The notes below the pieces were generated by a model. That model did no database searches. It was not told the origin of the DNA and worked only from the letters and a program-made list of their open reading frames with translations. From Eledone cirrhosa (taxonomy: Eukaryota), in assembly GCA_964016885.1 (NCBI GenBank), contig OZ024742.1:372992001-373056000 (forward strand): 64,000 nt of DNA, in the 5' to 3' direction. Shown one piece after another: positions 29,801 through 44,400 of this stretch (positions within the stretch are counted from its first letter, which is position 1; the number at the start of each line of letters is the position of its first letter). Position numbers and translations under genes: made by a program.

Positions 29801-31899
29801 TTCTATATAAACTGTAAATCTCATTCTATATAAACTGTAAATCTCTTTCTATATAAACTGTAAATCCCATTCTATATAAACTGTGAATCTCATTCTATAT
29901 AAACTGTAAATCTCTTTCTATATCAAATGTAAATCTCATTCTATATAAACTGTAAATCTCATTCTATATAAACTGTAAATCTCATTCTATAAACTGTAAA
30001 TCTCTTTCTATATAAACTGTAAATCTCATTCTATAGAAGCTGTAAATCTCATTCTATTAACTGTAAATCTCTTTCTATATAAACTGTAAATCTCATTCTA
30101 TGTAAACTGTATATATCATTCTATAAACTGTAAATCTCAGTCTATAAACTGTAAATCTCTTTCTATATAAACTGTAAATCTCTTTCTATATGAACTGTAA
30201 ATCTCTTTCTATATAAACTGTAAATCTCATTCTATATAAGCTGTAAATCTCATTCTGTGAACTGTAAATCTCTTTCTATATAAACTGTAAATCTCATTCT
30301 ACATAAACTGTAAATCTCATTCTATAATCTGTAAATCTCTTTCTATATAAACTGTAAATCTCATTCTATATAAATTGTATATATCATTCTATAAACTGTA
30401 AATCTCAGTCTATAAACTGTAAATCTCTTTCTATATAAACTGTAAATCTCTTTCTATATGAACTGTAAATCTCTTTCTATATAAACTGTAAATCTCATTC
30501 TATATAAGCTGTAAATCTCATTCTATGAACTGTAAATCTCTTTCTATATAAACTGTAAATCTCATTCTACATAAACTAAATCTCATTCTATAAACTGTAA
30601 ATCTCTTTCTATATAAACTGTAAATCTCATTCTATATAAACTGTAAATCTCTTTCTATATAAACTGTAAATTTCATTATATAAACTGTAAATCTCTTTCT
30701 ATATAAACTGTAAATCTCATTCTATATAAACTGTAAATCTCTTTCTATATAAACTGTAAATCTCATTCTATATAAACTGTGAATCTCATTCTATATAAAC
30801 TGTAAATCTCTTTCTATATAAACTGTAAATCTCATTCTATATAAACTGTAAATCTCATTCGATAAACTGTAAATCTCTTTATATATAAACTGTAAATCTC
30901 ATTCTATATAAACTGAAAATCTCTTTCTATATAAACTGTAAATCTCATTCTATATAAACTGTAAATCTCATTCTATAAACTGTAAATCTCTTTCTATATA
31001 AACTGTAAATCTCATTCTATATAAACTGTCAATCTCATTCTATATAAACTGTAAATCTATTTCTAAATAAACTGTAAATCTCATTCTATATAAACTGTGA
31101 ATCTCATTCTATATAAACTGTAAATCTCACTCTATATAAACTGTAAATCTCATTTGATAAACTGTAAATCTCTTTTTATATAAACTGTAAATCTCATTCT
31201 ATATAACCTGGAAATCTCTTTCTATAAACTGGAAATCTCATTCTATGAACTGTAAATCTCTTTCTATATAAACTGTAAATCTCATTCTATATAAACTGTA
31301 AATCTCATTCTATAAACTGTAAATCTCCTTCTATATAAACTGTAAATCTCATTCTACATAAACTGTAAATCTCTTTCTATATAAACTGTAAATCTCATTC
31401 TATAAACTGTAAATCTCTTTCTATATGAACTGTAAATCTCAATCTACATAAACTGTAAATCTCATTCTATATAAACTGTAAATCTCATTCTATATAAACT
31501 GTAAATCTCTTTCTAAATAAACTGTAAATCTCATTCTATATAAACTGTGAATCTCATTCTATATAAACTGTAAATCTCACTCTATATAAACTGTAAATCT
31601 CATTCGATAAACTGTAAATCTCTTTTTATATAAACTGTAAATCTCATTCTATATAAACTGTAAATCTCATTCTATAAACTGTAAATCTCTTTCTATATAA
31701 ACTGTGAATCTCATTCTATATAAACTGTATATCTCATTCTATATAAACTGTAAATCTCATTCGATAAACTGTAAATCTCTTTTTATATAAACTGTAAATC
31801 TCTTTCTATATAAACTGTAAATCTCATTCTATATAAACTGTTAATCTCTTTCTATATAAACTGTAAATTTCATTCTATAAACTCTAAATCTCTTTCTAT

Positions 31900-34800
31900 A
31901 TGAACTGTAAATCTCTTTCTATATAAACTGTAAATCTCATTCTATATAAGCTGTAAATCTCATTCTGTGAACTGTAAATCTCTTTCTATATAAACTGTAA
32001 ATCTCATTCTACATAAACTGTAAATCTCATTCTATAAACTGTAAATCTCTTTCTATATAAACTGTAAATCTCATTCTATATAAATTGTATATATCATTCT
32101 ATAAACTGTAAATCTCAGTCTATAAACTGTAAATCTCTTTCTATATAAACTGTAAATCTCTTTCTATATGAACTGTAAATCTCTTTCTATATAAACTGTA
32201 AATCTCATTCTATATAAGCTGTAAATCTCATTCTATGAACTGTAAATCTCTTTCTATATAAACTGTAAATCTCATTCTACATAAACTGTAAATCTCATTC
32301 TATAAACTGTAAATCTCTTTCTATATAAACTGTAAATCTCATTCTATATAAACTGTAAATCTCTTTCTATATAAACTGTAAATTTCATTATATAAACTGT
32401 AAATCTCTTTCTATATAAACTGTAAATCTCATTCTATAAACTGTAAATCTCTTTCTATATCAACTGTAAATCTCATTCTATATAAGCTGTAAATCTCATT
32501 CTATTAACTGTAAATCTCTTTCTATATAAACTGTAAATCTCATTCTATATAAATTGTATATATCATTCTATAAACTGTAAATCTCAGTCTATAAACTGTA
32601 AATCTCTTTCTATATAAACTGTAAATCTCCTTCTATATGAACTGTAAATCTCATTCTATATAAACTGTAAATCTCATTCTATAAATTGTAAATCTCTTTC
32701 TATATAAACTGTAAATCTCATTCTATATAAGCTGTAAATCTCATTCTATTAACTGTAAATCTCTTTCTATATAAACTGTAAATCTCATTCTATATAAACT
32801 GTATATATCGTTCTATAAACTGTAAATCTCAGTCTATAAACTGTAAATCTCTTTCTATATAAACTGTAAATCTCATTCTATAAACTGTAAATCTCTTTCT
32901 ATATCAACTGTAAATCTCCTTCTATATAAGCTGTAAATCTCATTCTATTAACTGTAAATCTCTTTCTATATAAACTGTAAATCTCATTTTATATAAACTG
33001 TATATATCATTCTATAAACTGTAACTCTCAGTCTATAAACTGTAAATCTCTTTCTATATAAACTGTAAATCTCCTTCTATATGAACCGTAAATCTCTTTC
33101 TATATAAACTGTAAATCTCATTCTATGTAAGCTGTAAATCTCATTCTATGAACTGTAAATCTCTTTCTATATAAACTGTAAATCTCATTCTATATAAACT
33201 GTGAATCTCTTTCTATATAAACTGTAAATCTCATTCTATATAGACTGTGAATCTCATTCTATATAAACTGTAAATCTCTTTCTATATAAACTGTAAATCT
33301 CATTCTATGTAAACTGTAAATCTCATTCTATATAAACTGTAAATCTCTTTCTATATAAACTGTAAATCTCATTCTATATAAACTGTAAATCTCTTTCTAT
33401 ATAAACTCTGAATCTGATTCTATATAAACTGTAACTCTCATTTTATATAAACTGTGAATCTCATTCTATATAAACTGTATATCTCATTCTATATAAACTG
33501 TAAATCTCATTCGATAAACTGTAAATCTCTTTTTATATAAACTGTAAATCTCATTCTATATAAACTGAAAATCTCTTTCTATATAAACTGTAAATCTCAT
33601 TCTATATAAACTGTAAATCTCATTCTATAAACTGTACATCTCTTTCTATCTAAACTGTAAATCTCATTCTACATAAACTGTAAATCTCTTTCTATATAAA
33701 CTGTAAATCTCATTCTATATAAACTGTCAATCTCATTCTATATAAACTGTATATCTCATTCTATATAAACTGTAAATCTCATTCGATAAACTGTAAATCT
33801 CTTTTTATATAAACTGTAAATCTCATTCTATATAACCTGGAAATCTCTTTCTATTAACTGGAAATCTCATTCTATGAACTGTAAATTTCTTTCTATATAA
33901 ACTGTAAATCTCTTTCTAAATAAACTGTAAATCTCATTCTATATAAACTGTGAATCTCATTCTATATAAACTGTAAATCTCACTCTATATAAACTGTAAA
34001 TCTCATTTGATAAACTGTAAATCTCTTTTTATATAAACTGTAAATCTCATTCTATATAAACTGGAAATCTCATTCTATGAACTGTAAATCTCTTTCTATA
34101 TAAACTGTAAATCTCATTCTATATAAACTGTAAATCTCTTTCTATATAAACTGTAAATCTCATTCTATATAAACTATAAATCTCATTCTATAAACTGTAA
34201 ATCTCTTTCTATATAAACTGTAAATCTCTTTCTATATAAACTGTAAATCTCATTCTATATAAACTGTAAATCTCATTCTATATAAACTGTGAATCTCATT
34301 CTATATAAACTGTATATCTCATTCTATATAAACTGTAAATCTCATTCGATAAACTGTAAATCTCTTTTTATATAAACTGTAAATCTCATTCTATATAACC
34401 TGGAAATCTCTTTCTATAAACTGGAAATCTCATTCTATGAACTGTAAATCTCTTTCTATATAAACTGTAAATCTCATTCTATATAAACTGTAAATCTCAT
34501 TCTACATAAACTGTAAATCTCTTTCTATATAAACTGTAAATCTCATTCTATAAACTGTAAATCTCTTTCTATATAAACTGTAAATCTCATTCTACATAAA
34601 CTGTAAATCTCATTCTATATAAACTGTAAATCTCATTCTATATAAACTGTAAATCTCTTTCTAAATAAACTGTAAATCTCATTCTATATAAACTGTGAAT
34701 CTCATTCTATATAAACTGTAAATCTCACTCTATATAAACTGTAAATCTCATTCGATAAACTGTTAATCTCTTTTTATATAAACTGTAAATCTCATTCTAT

Positions 34801-37800
34801 ATAAACTGTAAATCTCATTCTATAAACTGTAAATCTCTTTCTATATAAACTGTAAATCTCATTCTATATAAACTGTAAATCTCATTCTATAAACTGTAAA
34901 TCTCTTTCTATATAAACTGTGAATCTCATTCTATATAAACTGTATATCTCATTCTATATAAACTGTAAATCTCATTCGATAAACTGTAAATCTCTTTTTA
35001 TATAAACTGTAAATCTCTTTCTATATAAACTGTAAATCTCATTCTATATAAACTGTAAATCTCTTTCTATATAAACTGTAAATTTCATTCTATAAACTCT
35101 AAATCTCTTTCTATATAAACTGTAAATCTCATTCTATATAAACTGTAAATCTCTTTCTATATAAACTGTAAATCTCATTCTATATAAACTGAATCTCATT
35201 CTATATAAACTGTAAATCTCTTTCTATATAAACTGTAAATCTCATTCTATATAAACTGTAAATCTCATTCTATATAAATTGTAAATCTCATTCTATAAAC
35301 TGTAAATCTCTTTCTATATAAACTGTAAATCTCATTCTATATAAGCTGTAAATCTCATTCTATTAACTGTAAATCTCATTCTATATAAACTGTAAATCTC
35401 ATTCTATATAAACTGTATATATCATTCTATAAACTGTAAATCTCAGTCTATAAACTGTAAATCTCTTTCTATATAAACTGTAAATCTCTTTCTATATGAA
35501 CTGTAAATCTCTTTCTATATAAACTGTAAATCTCATTCTATATAAGCTGTAAATCTCATTCTATGAACTGTAAATCTCTTTCTATATAAACTGTAAATCT
35601 CATTCTATATAAACTGTAAATCTCATTCTATAAACTGTAAATCTCTTTCTATATAAACTGTAAATCTCATTCTATATAAACTGTAAATCTCTTTCTATAT
35701 AAACTGTAAATTTCATTCTATAAACTGTAAATCTCTTTCTATAAAAACTGTAAATCTCATTCTATATAAACTGTAAATCTCTTTCTATATAAACTGTAAA
35801 TCTCATTCTATATAAACTGTGAATCTCATTCTATATAAACTGTAAATCTCTTTCTATATCAAATGTAAATCTCATTCTATATAAACTGTAAATCTCATTC
35901 TATATAAGCTGTAAATCTCATTCTATGAACTGTAAATCTCTTGCTATATAAACTGTAAATCTCATTCTGCATAAACTGTGAATCTCATTCTATTAACTAT
36001 AAATCTATTTCTATATAAACTGTAAATCTCATTCTATATGAACTGTATATATCATTCTATAAACTGTAAATCTCAGTCTATAAACTGTAAATATATTTCT
36101 ATATAAACTGTAAATCTCCTTCTATATGAACTGTAAATCTCTTTCTATATAATCTGTAAATCTCATTCGATAAACTGTAAATCTCTTTTTATATAAACAG
36201 TAAATCTCATTCTATATAAACTGTAAATCTCATTCTATGAACTGTAAATCTCTTTCTATATAAACTGTAAATCTCATTCTATATAAAATGTAAATCTCAT
36301 TCTATAAACTGTAAATCTCTTTCTATATAAACTGTAAATCTCATTCTATATAAACTGCTAATCTCTTTCTATATAAACTGTAAATTTCATTCTATAAACT
36401 GTAAATCTCCTTCTATATAAACTGTAAATCTCATTCTATATACACTGTAAATCTATTTCTATATAAACTGTAAATCTCATTCTATATAAACTGTAAATCT
36501 CATTCTATAAACTGTAAATCTCTTTCTAAATAAACTGTAAATCTCATTCTATATAAGCTGTAAATCTCATTCTATAAACTGTACATCTCTTTCTATATAA
36601 ACTGTAAATCCCATTCTATATAAACTGTATATATCATTGTATAAACTGTAAATCTCATTCTATAAACTGTAAATCTCTTTCTATATAAACTGTAAATCTC
36701 ATTCTATATAAACTGTAAATCTCTTTCTATATAAACTGTAAATCTCATTCTATATAAACTGTGAATCTCATTCTATATAAACTGTAAATCTCTTTCTATA
36801 TCAAATGTAAATCTCATTCTATATAAACTGTAAATCTCATTCTATATAAACTGTAAATCTCATTCTATAAACTGTAAATCTCTTTCTATATAAACTGTAA
36901 ATCTCATTCTATAGAAGCTGTAAATCTCATTCTATTAACTGTAAATCTCTTTCTATATAAACTGTAAATCTCATTCTATGTAAACTGTATATATCATTCT
37001 ATAAACTGTAAATCTCAGTCTATAAACTGTAAATCTCTTTCTATATAAACTGTAAATCTCTTTCTATATGAACTGTAAATCTCTTTCTATATAAACTGTA
37101 AATCTCATTCTATATAAGCTGTAAATCTCATTCTGTGAACTGTAAATCTCTTTCTATATAAACTGTAAATCTCATTCTACATAAACTGTAAATCTCATTC
37201 TATAAACTGTAAATCTCTTTCTATATAAACTGTAAATCTCATTCTATATAAATTGTATATATCATTCTATAAACTGTAAATCTCAGTCTATAAACTGTAA
37301 ATCTCTTTCTATATAAACTGTAAATCTCTTTCTATATGAACTGTAAATCTCTTTCTATATAAACTGTAAATCTCATTCTATATAAGCTGTAAATCTCATT
37401 CTATGAACTGTAAATCTCTTTCTATATAAACTGTAAATCTCATTCTACATAAACTGTAAATCTCATTCTATAAACTGTAAATCTCTTTCTATATAAACTG
37501 TAAATCTCATTCTATATAAACTGTAAATCTCTTTCTATATAAACTGTAAATTTCATTATATAAACTGTAAATCTCTTTCTATATAAACTGTAAATCTCAT
37601 TCTATAAACTGTAAATCTCTTTCTATATCAACTGTAAATCTCATTCTATATAAGCTGTAAATCTCATTCTATTAACTGTAAATCTCTTTCTATATAAACT
37701 GTAAATCTCATTCTATATAAATTGTATATATCATTCTATAAACTGTAAATCTCAGTCTATAAACTGTAAATCTCTTTCTATATAAACTGTAAATCTCCTT

Positions 37801-40800
37801 CTATATGAACTGTAAATCTCATTCTATATAAACTGTAAATCTCATTCTATATAAACTGTAAATCTCATTCTATAAATTGTAAATCTCTTTCTATATAAAC
37901 TGTAAATCTCATTCTATATAAGCTGTAAATCTCATTCTATTAACTGTAAATCTCTTTCTATATAAACTGTAAATCTCATTCTATATAAACTGTATATATC
38001 ATTCTATAAACTGTAAATCTCAGTCTATAAACTGTAAATCTCTTTCTATATAAACTGTAAATCTCATTCTATAAACTGTAAATCTCTTTCTATATCAACT
38101 GTAAATCTCCTTCTATATAAGCTGTAAATCTCATTCTATTAACTGTAAATCTCTTTCTATATAAACTGTAAATCTCATTCTATATAAACTGTATATATCA
38201 TTCTATAAACTGTAAATCTCAGTCTATAAACTGTAAATCTCTTTCTATATAAACTGTAAATCTCCTTCTATATGAACCGTAAATCTCTTTCTATATAAAC
38301 TGTAAATCTCATTCTATGTAAGCTGTAAATCTCAGTCTATGAACTGTAAATCTCTTTCTATATAAACTGTAAATCTCATTCTATATAAACTGTGAATCTC
38401 TTTCTATATAAACTGTAAATCTCATTCTATATAAACTGTGAATCTCATTCTATATAAACTGTAAATCTCTTTCTATATAAACTGTAAATCTCATTCTATG
38501 TAAACTGTAAATCTCATTCTATATAAACTGTAAATCTCTTTCTATATAAACTGTAAATCTCATTCTATATAAACTGTAAATCTCTTTCTATATAAACTCT
38601 GAATCTGATTCTATATAAACTGTAACTCTCATTTTATATAAACTCTGAATCTCATTCTATATAAACTGTATATCTCATTCTATATAAACTGTAAATCTCA
38701 TTCGATAAACTGTAAATCTCTTTTTATATAAACTGTAAATCTCATTCTATATAAACTGAAAATCTCTTTCTATATAAACTGTAAATCTCATTCTATATAA
38801 ACTGTAAATCTCATTCTATAAACTGTACATCTCTTTCTATCTAAACTGTAAATCTCATTCTACATAAACTGTAAATCTCTTTCTATATAAACTGTAAATC
38901 TCATTCTATATAAACTGTCAATCTCATTCTATATAAACTGTATATCTCATTCTATATAAACTGTAAATCTCATTCGATAAACTGTAAATCTCTTTTTATA
39001 TAAACTGTAAATCTCATTCTATATAACCTGGAAATCTCTTTCTATAAACTGGAAATCTCATTCTATGAACTGTAAATTTCTTTCTATATAAACTGTAAAT
39101 CTCTTTCTAAATAAACTGTAAATCTCATTCTATATAAACTGTGAATCTCATTCTATATAAACTGTAAATCTCACTCTATATAAACTGTAAATCTCATTTG
39201 AGAAACTGTAAATCTCTTTTTATATAAACTGTAAATCTCATTCTATATAAACTGGAAATCTCATTCTATGAACTGTAAATCTCTTTCTATATAAACTGTA
39301 AATCTCATTCTATATAAACTGTAAATCTCTTTCTATATAAACTGTAAATCTCATTCTATATAAACTATAAATCTCATTCTATAAACTGTAAATCTCTTTC
39401 CATATAAACTGTAAATCTCATTCTATATAAACTGTAAATCTCTTTCTATATAAACTGTAAATCTCATTCTATATAAACTGTAAATCTCATTCTATATAAA
39501 CTGTGAATCTCATTCTATATAAACTGTATATCTCATTCTATATAAACTGTAAATCTCATTCGATAAACTGTAAATCTCTTTTTATATAAACTGTAAATCT
39601 CATTCTATATAACCTGGAAATCTCTTTCTATAAACTGGAAATCTCATTCTATGAACTGTAAATCTCTTTCTATATAAACTGTAAATCTCATTCTATATAA
39701 ACTGTAAATCTCATTCTATAAACTGTAAATCTCCTTCTATATAAACTGTAAATCTCATTCTACATAAACTGTAAATCTCTTTCTATATAAACTGTAAATC
39801 TCATTCTATAAACTGTAAATCTCTTTCTATATAAACTGTAAATCTCATTCTACATAAACTGTAAATCTCATTCTATATAAACTGTAAATCTCATTCTATA
39901 TAAACTGTAAATCTCTTTCTAAATAAACTGTAAATCTCATTCTATATAAACTGTGAATCTCATTCTTTATAAACTGTAAATCTCACTCTATATAAACTGT
40001 AAATCTCATTCGATAAACTGTTAATCTCTTTTTATATAAACTGTAAATCTCATTCTATATAAACTGTAAATCTCATTCTATAAACTGTAAATCTCTTTCT
40101 ATATAAACTGTAAATCTCATTCTATATAAACTGTAAATCTCATTCTATAAACTGTAAATCTCTTTCTATATAAACTGTGAATCTCATTCTATATAAACTG
40201 TATATCTCATTCTATATAAACTGTAAATCTCATTCGATAAACTGTAAATCTCTTTTTATATAAACTGTAAATCTCTTTCTATATAAACTGTAAATCTCAT
40301 TCTATATAAACTGTAAATCTCTTTCTATATAAACTGTAAATTTCATTCTATAAACTCTAAATCTCTTTCTATATAAACTGTAAATCTCATTCTATATAAA
40401 CTGTAAATCTCTTTCTATATAAACTGTAAATCTCATTCTATATAAACTGAATCTCATTCTATATAAACTGTAAATCTCTTTCTATATAAACTGTAAATCT
40501 CATTCTATATAAACTGTAAATCTCATTCTATATAAACTGTAAATCTCATTCTATAAACTGTAAATCTCTTTCTATATAAACTGTAAATCTCATTCTATAT
40601 AAGCTGTAAATCTCATTCTATTAACTGTAAATCTCATTCTATATAAACTGTAAATCTCATTCTATATAAACTGTATATATCATTCTATAAACTGTAAATC
40701 TCAGTCTATAAACTGAAAATCTCTTTCTATATAAACTGTAAATCTCTTTCTATATGAACTGTAAATCTCTTTCTATATAAACTGTAAATCTCATTCTATA

Positions 40801-41220
40801 TAAGCTGTAAATCTCATTCTATGAACTGTAAATCTCTTTCTATATAAACTGTAAATCTCATTCTATATAAACTGTAAATCTCATTCTATAAACTGTAAAT
40901 CTCTTTCTATATAAACTGTAAATCTCATTCTATATAAACTGTAAATCTCTTTCTATATAAACTGTAAATTTCATTCTATAAACTGTAAATCTCTTTCTAT
41001 AAAAACTGTAAATCTCATTCTATATAAACTGTAAATCTCTTTCTATATAAACTGTAAATCTCATTCTATATAAACTGTGAATCTCATTCTATATAAACTG
41101 TAAATCTCTTTCTATATCAAATGTAAATCTCATTCTATATAAACTGTAAATCTCATTCTATATAAGCTGTAAATCTCATTCTATGAACTGTAAATCTCTT
41201 GCTATATAAACTGTAAATCT
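31900..41220. repeat. Approx. 4.1-kb block duplicated at ~5.2-kb offset (~31900-35960 and ~37070-41220)
   Basis: GAACCGT 33087/38278 and CTGTACATC 33637/38828 (offset 5191). CTATAAAAACTG 35744/41002 and CTCTTGCTATATA 35943/41201 (offset 5258). Confidence 0.8.
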
Positions 41221-41434
41221 CATTCTACATAAACTGTAAATCTCATTCTATAAACTGTAAATCTCTTTCTATATAAACTGTAAATCTCATTCTATATAAA
41301 CTGTATATATCATTCTATAAACTGTAAATCTCAGTCTATAAACTGTAAATCTCTTTCTATATAAACTGTAAATCTCTTTCTATATGAACTGTAAATCTCT
41401 TTCTATATAAACTGTAAATCTCATTCTATATAAG

Positions 41435-44400
41435 CTGTAAATCTCATTCTATGAACTGTAAATCTCTTTCTATATAAACTGTAAATCTCATTCTACATAA
41501 ACTGTAAATCTCATTCTATAAACTGTAAATCTCTTTCTATATAAACTGTAAATCTCATTCTATATAAACTGTAAATCTCTTTCTATATAAACTGTAAATT
41601 TCATTCTATAAACTGTAAATCTCTTTCTATATCAACTGTAAATCTCATTCTATATAAGCTGTAAATCTCATTCTATTAACTGTAAATCTCTTTCTATATA
41701 AACTGTAAATCTCATTCTATATGAACTGTATATATCATTCTATAAACTGTAAATCTCAGTCTATAAACTGTAAATATATTTCTATATAAACTGTAAATCT
41801 CCTTCTATATGAACTGTAAATCTCTTTCTATATAATCTGTAAATCTCATTCGATAAACTGTAAATCTCTTTTTATATAAACAGTAAATCTCATTCTATAT
41901 AAACTGTAAATCTCATTCTATGAACTGTAAATCTCTTTCTATATAAACTGTAAATCTCATTCTATATAAAATGTAAATCTCATTCTATAAACTGTAAATC
42001 TCTTTCTATAAAAACTGTAAATCTCATTCTATATAAACTGCAAATCTCTTTCTATATAAACTGTAAATTTCATTCTATAAACTGTAAATCTCCTTCTATA
42101 TAGATTGTAAATCTCATTCTATATACACTGTAAATCTATTTCTATATAAACTGTAAATCTCAGTCTATATAAACTGTAAATCTCATTCTATAAACTGTAA
42201 ATCTCTTTCTAAATAAACTGTAAATCTCATTCTATATAAGCTGTAAATCTCATTCTATAAACTGTACATCTCTTTCTATATAAACTGTAAATCCCATTCT
42301 ATATAAACTGTATATATCATTGTATAAACTGTAAATCTCATTCTATAAACTGTAAATCTCTTTCTATATAAACTGTAAATCTCATTCTATATAAACTGTA
42401 AATCTAATTCTATATTAACTGTAAATCTGATTCTATAAACTGTAAATCTCTTTCCATATAAACTGTAAATCTCACTCTATATAAACTGTAAATCTCTTTC
42501 TATATAAACTGTAAATCTCGTTCTATATAAGCTGTAAATCTCATTCTATAAACTGTAAATCTCTTTCTATATAAACTGTAAATCCCATTCTATATAAACT
42601 GTATATATCATTCTATAAACTGTAAATCACGTTCTATAAACTGTAAATCTCTTTCCATATGAACTGTAAATCTCATTCTATATAAATTGTAAATCTCATT
42701 CTATAAACTGTGAATCTCATTCTATATAAACTGTAAATCTCATTCTATAAACTGTAAATCTCATTCTATGAACTGTAAATCTCTTTCTATATAAACTGTA
42801 AATCTCATTCTATATAAACTGTAAATCTCATTCTATAAACTGTAAATCTCTTTCTGTATAAACTGTAAATCTCATTCTATATAAACTGTAAATCTCTTTC
42901 TATATAAACTGTAAATTTCATTCTATAAACTGTAAATCTCTTTCTATATAAACTGTAAATCTCATTCTATATAAACTGTAAGTCTCTTTCCATATAAACT
43001 GTAAATCTCATTCTATATAAGCTGTAAATCTCATTCTATAAACTGTACATCTCTTTCTATATAAACTGTAAATCCCATTCTATATAAACTGTATATATCA
43101 TTCTATAAACTGTAAATCTCATTCTATAAACTGTAAATCTCTTTCTATATAAACTGTAAATCTCATTCTATATATACTGTAAATCTCATTCTATAAACTG
43201 TAAATCTCTTTCTATATAAACTGTAAATCTCATTCTATATAAGCTGTAAATCTCATTCTATTAACTGTAAATCTCATTCTATATAAACTGTAAATCTCAT
43301 TCTATATAAACTGTATATATCATTCTATAAACTGTAAATCTCAGTCTATAAACTGTAACTCTCTTTCTATATAAACTGTAAATCTCTTTCTATATGAACT
43401 GTAAATCTCTTTCTATATAAACTGTAAATCTCATTCTATATAAGCTGTAAATCTCATTCTATGAACTGTAAATCTCTTTCTATATAAACTGTAAATCTCA
43501 TTCTATATAAACTGTAAATCTCATTCTATAAACTGTAAATCTCTTTCTATATAAACTGTAAATCTCATTCTATATAAACTGTAAATCTCTTTCTAAATAA
43601 ACTGTAAATTTCATTCTATAAACTGTAAATCTCTTTCTATATAAACTGTAAATCTCATTCTATATAAACTGTAAATCTCTTTCTATATAAACTGTAAATC
43701 TCATTCTATATAAACTGTGAATCTCATTCTATATAAACTGTAAATCTCATTCTATGTAAACTGTGAATCTCATTCTATATAAACTGTATATCTCATTCTA
43801 TATAAACTGTAAATCTCATTCGATAAACTGTAAATCTCTTTTTATATAAACTGTAAATCTCATTCTATATAACCTGGAAATCTCTTTCTATAAACTGGAA
43901 ATCTCATTCTATGAACTGTAAATCTCTTTCTATATAAACTGTAAATCTCATTCTATATAAACTGTAAATCTCATTCTATAAACTGTAAATCTCCTTCTAT
44001 ATAAACTGTAAATCTCATTCTACATAAACTGTAAATCTCTTTCTATATAAACTGTAAATCTCATTCTACATAAACTGTAAATCTCATTCTATATAAACTG
44101 TAAATCTCTTTCTAAATAAACTGTAAATCTCATTCTATATAAACTGTGAATCTCATTTTATATAAACTGTGAATCTCATTCTATATAACCTGTAAATCTC
44201 TTTCTATATAAACTGTAAATCTCTTGCTATAAACTGTAAATCTCATTCTATATGAACTGTATATATCATTCTATAAACTGTAAATCTCATTCTATGAACT
44301 GTAAATCTCTTTCTATATAAACTGTAAATCTCATTCTACATAAACTGTAAATCTCATTCTATAAACTGTAAATCTCTTTCTATATAAACTGTAAATCTCA

